Shown piece after piece: positions 62,620 to 64,000 of a stretch of 64,000 nucleotides of DNA (position 1 is its first letter; the number at the start of each line of letters is the position of its first letter). The notes beneath the pieces are model-generated. The model saw nothing but the letters and a program-made list of their open reading frames with translations, did not search any database and had not been told where the DNA came from. Both the position numbers and the translations under genes were made by a program. Source of the DNA: the human T2T-CHM13v2.0 reference genome, Homo sapiens; the NCBI RefSeq assembly GCF_009914755.1, contig NC_060940.1; one strand, given 5' to 3'.

Positions 62620-63184
62620 TCATCTCCCCCTCTCAGGGGCATCTTAGCCAAGCAGGGGACCTGTCTTTCTTGTTCTTTGCATGAGTCACCCAAGCACGAT
62701 GCCTTCTCACAGTAGGCAGTCAATATTTGTTAAATAAAGCACTTTTGAATTAAAAGGTTCTAAAACGTCAGAGTTCCAGAATCACCAGGAGTAGACTACC
62801 TGTCCAGTCTCAATAAAAGAGGCCTAGGGTGAGGCCAATACATCACTTTTTAAAAGCAACATATGCGATTTTTTACTTTTTTTAAAGATCAACTCCAAAT
62901 ATAGGAAACACACGTGATTTTAATGCAGGCAGTCTTTAATTTCTATTTTTAAGAAAAGCTAATGTAACCACTTGAGTGTTTTGAAATCAGAGACCATATT
63001 GTGTCCTGTTCATGAGCGCCTATTGAGCTGTGTACCACACACTCTTCCTCGTTCTTGGGAAAGAGCAGAACAAAATCCCCTGTGTGCAACATGTTATGTG
63101 GATACTGAGATGGGGCAGGTGCATGCTCTTCAAGAGCCCATGGAGCAATGGGAGGGGAGAGATATAGAAAAAGTTTTTATAACA

Positions 63185-63814
<630 letters not shown>

Positions 63815-63954
63815 CTACATCCTTCCTTCCTTCTTCGCTCTCCACTGCTTCCAACCCACTGTCTCATACCTGGCAACAGTGCATCAAGCCTGTGGTTGTA
63901 TGAAGCGGGGTCTAAAGCCTAGTTTCTCTGTATCCACTGTTTAACCTTAAGCAA

Positions 63955-64000
63955 AAACAATGGGTAAGACCTGTTTGATAGCACAGTGGGGTGACTATAG
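63955..64000 (+). mobile_element. L1MA 3' UTR fragment (runs off the window)
   Basis: taagacctgtttgatagcacagtggggtgactatag. Confidence 0.55.

Overview
Primate (human-like) genomic DNA, intergenic or deep intronic. I found no recognisable intact protein-coding gene, RNA gene or CpG island. The only gene-derived sequence is a TSD-flanked processed PPIA (cyclophilin A) pseudogene at about 327-1060, with compensating frameshifts and a premature stop. The rest is a dense transposable-element landscape. SINEs and LINEs: about 37 dimeric Alus plus 3 monomers, many MIR/L2 relics, and L1 fragments. LTR elements: MaLR LTRs (MLT1, MST, THE1) and ERV LTRs (LTR33-, MER61-, LTR9-, MER67-like). DNA-transposon relics: MADE1, five MER63, MER115, MER96, two MER20, MER5A, Tigger3a, Charlie4-like and Tc2-like. 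The most notable structures are rearrangement fossils readable from target-site duplications. (1) A 1.0-kb MER67+MSTB+Alu composite enclosed by one perfect 13-bp TSD (59841-60853), a candidate 5'-transduced or chimeric retro-insertion. (2) A near-perfect 84-bp local templated insertion (50415-50498). (3) A collapsed HUERS-P3/LTR9 provirus nested in a MER61 LTR with an Alu inside it. (4) A 139-bp tandem duplication that captured the first bases of an Alu. (5) A MADE1 hairpin split at its centre by an AluY. Several strong transcription-factor motifs (STAT GAS palindrome, RFX X-box, CRE+TATA) and weak minus-strand exon candidates lie in unique sequence. Repeat family names come from recall of consensus sequences and were not verified by alignment; boundaries of old repeats are approximate. 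I see no evidence for a wholly new biological system.
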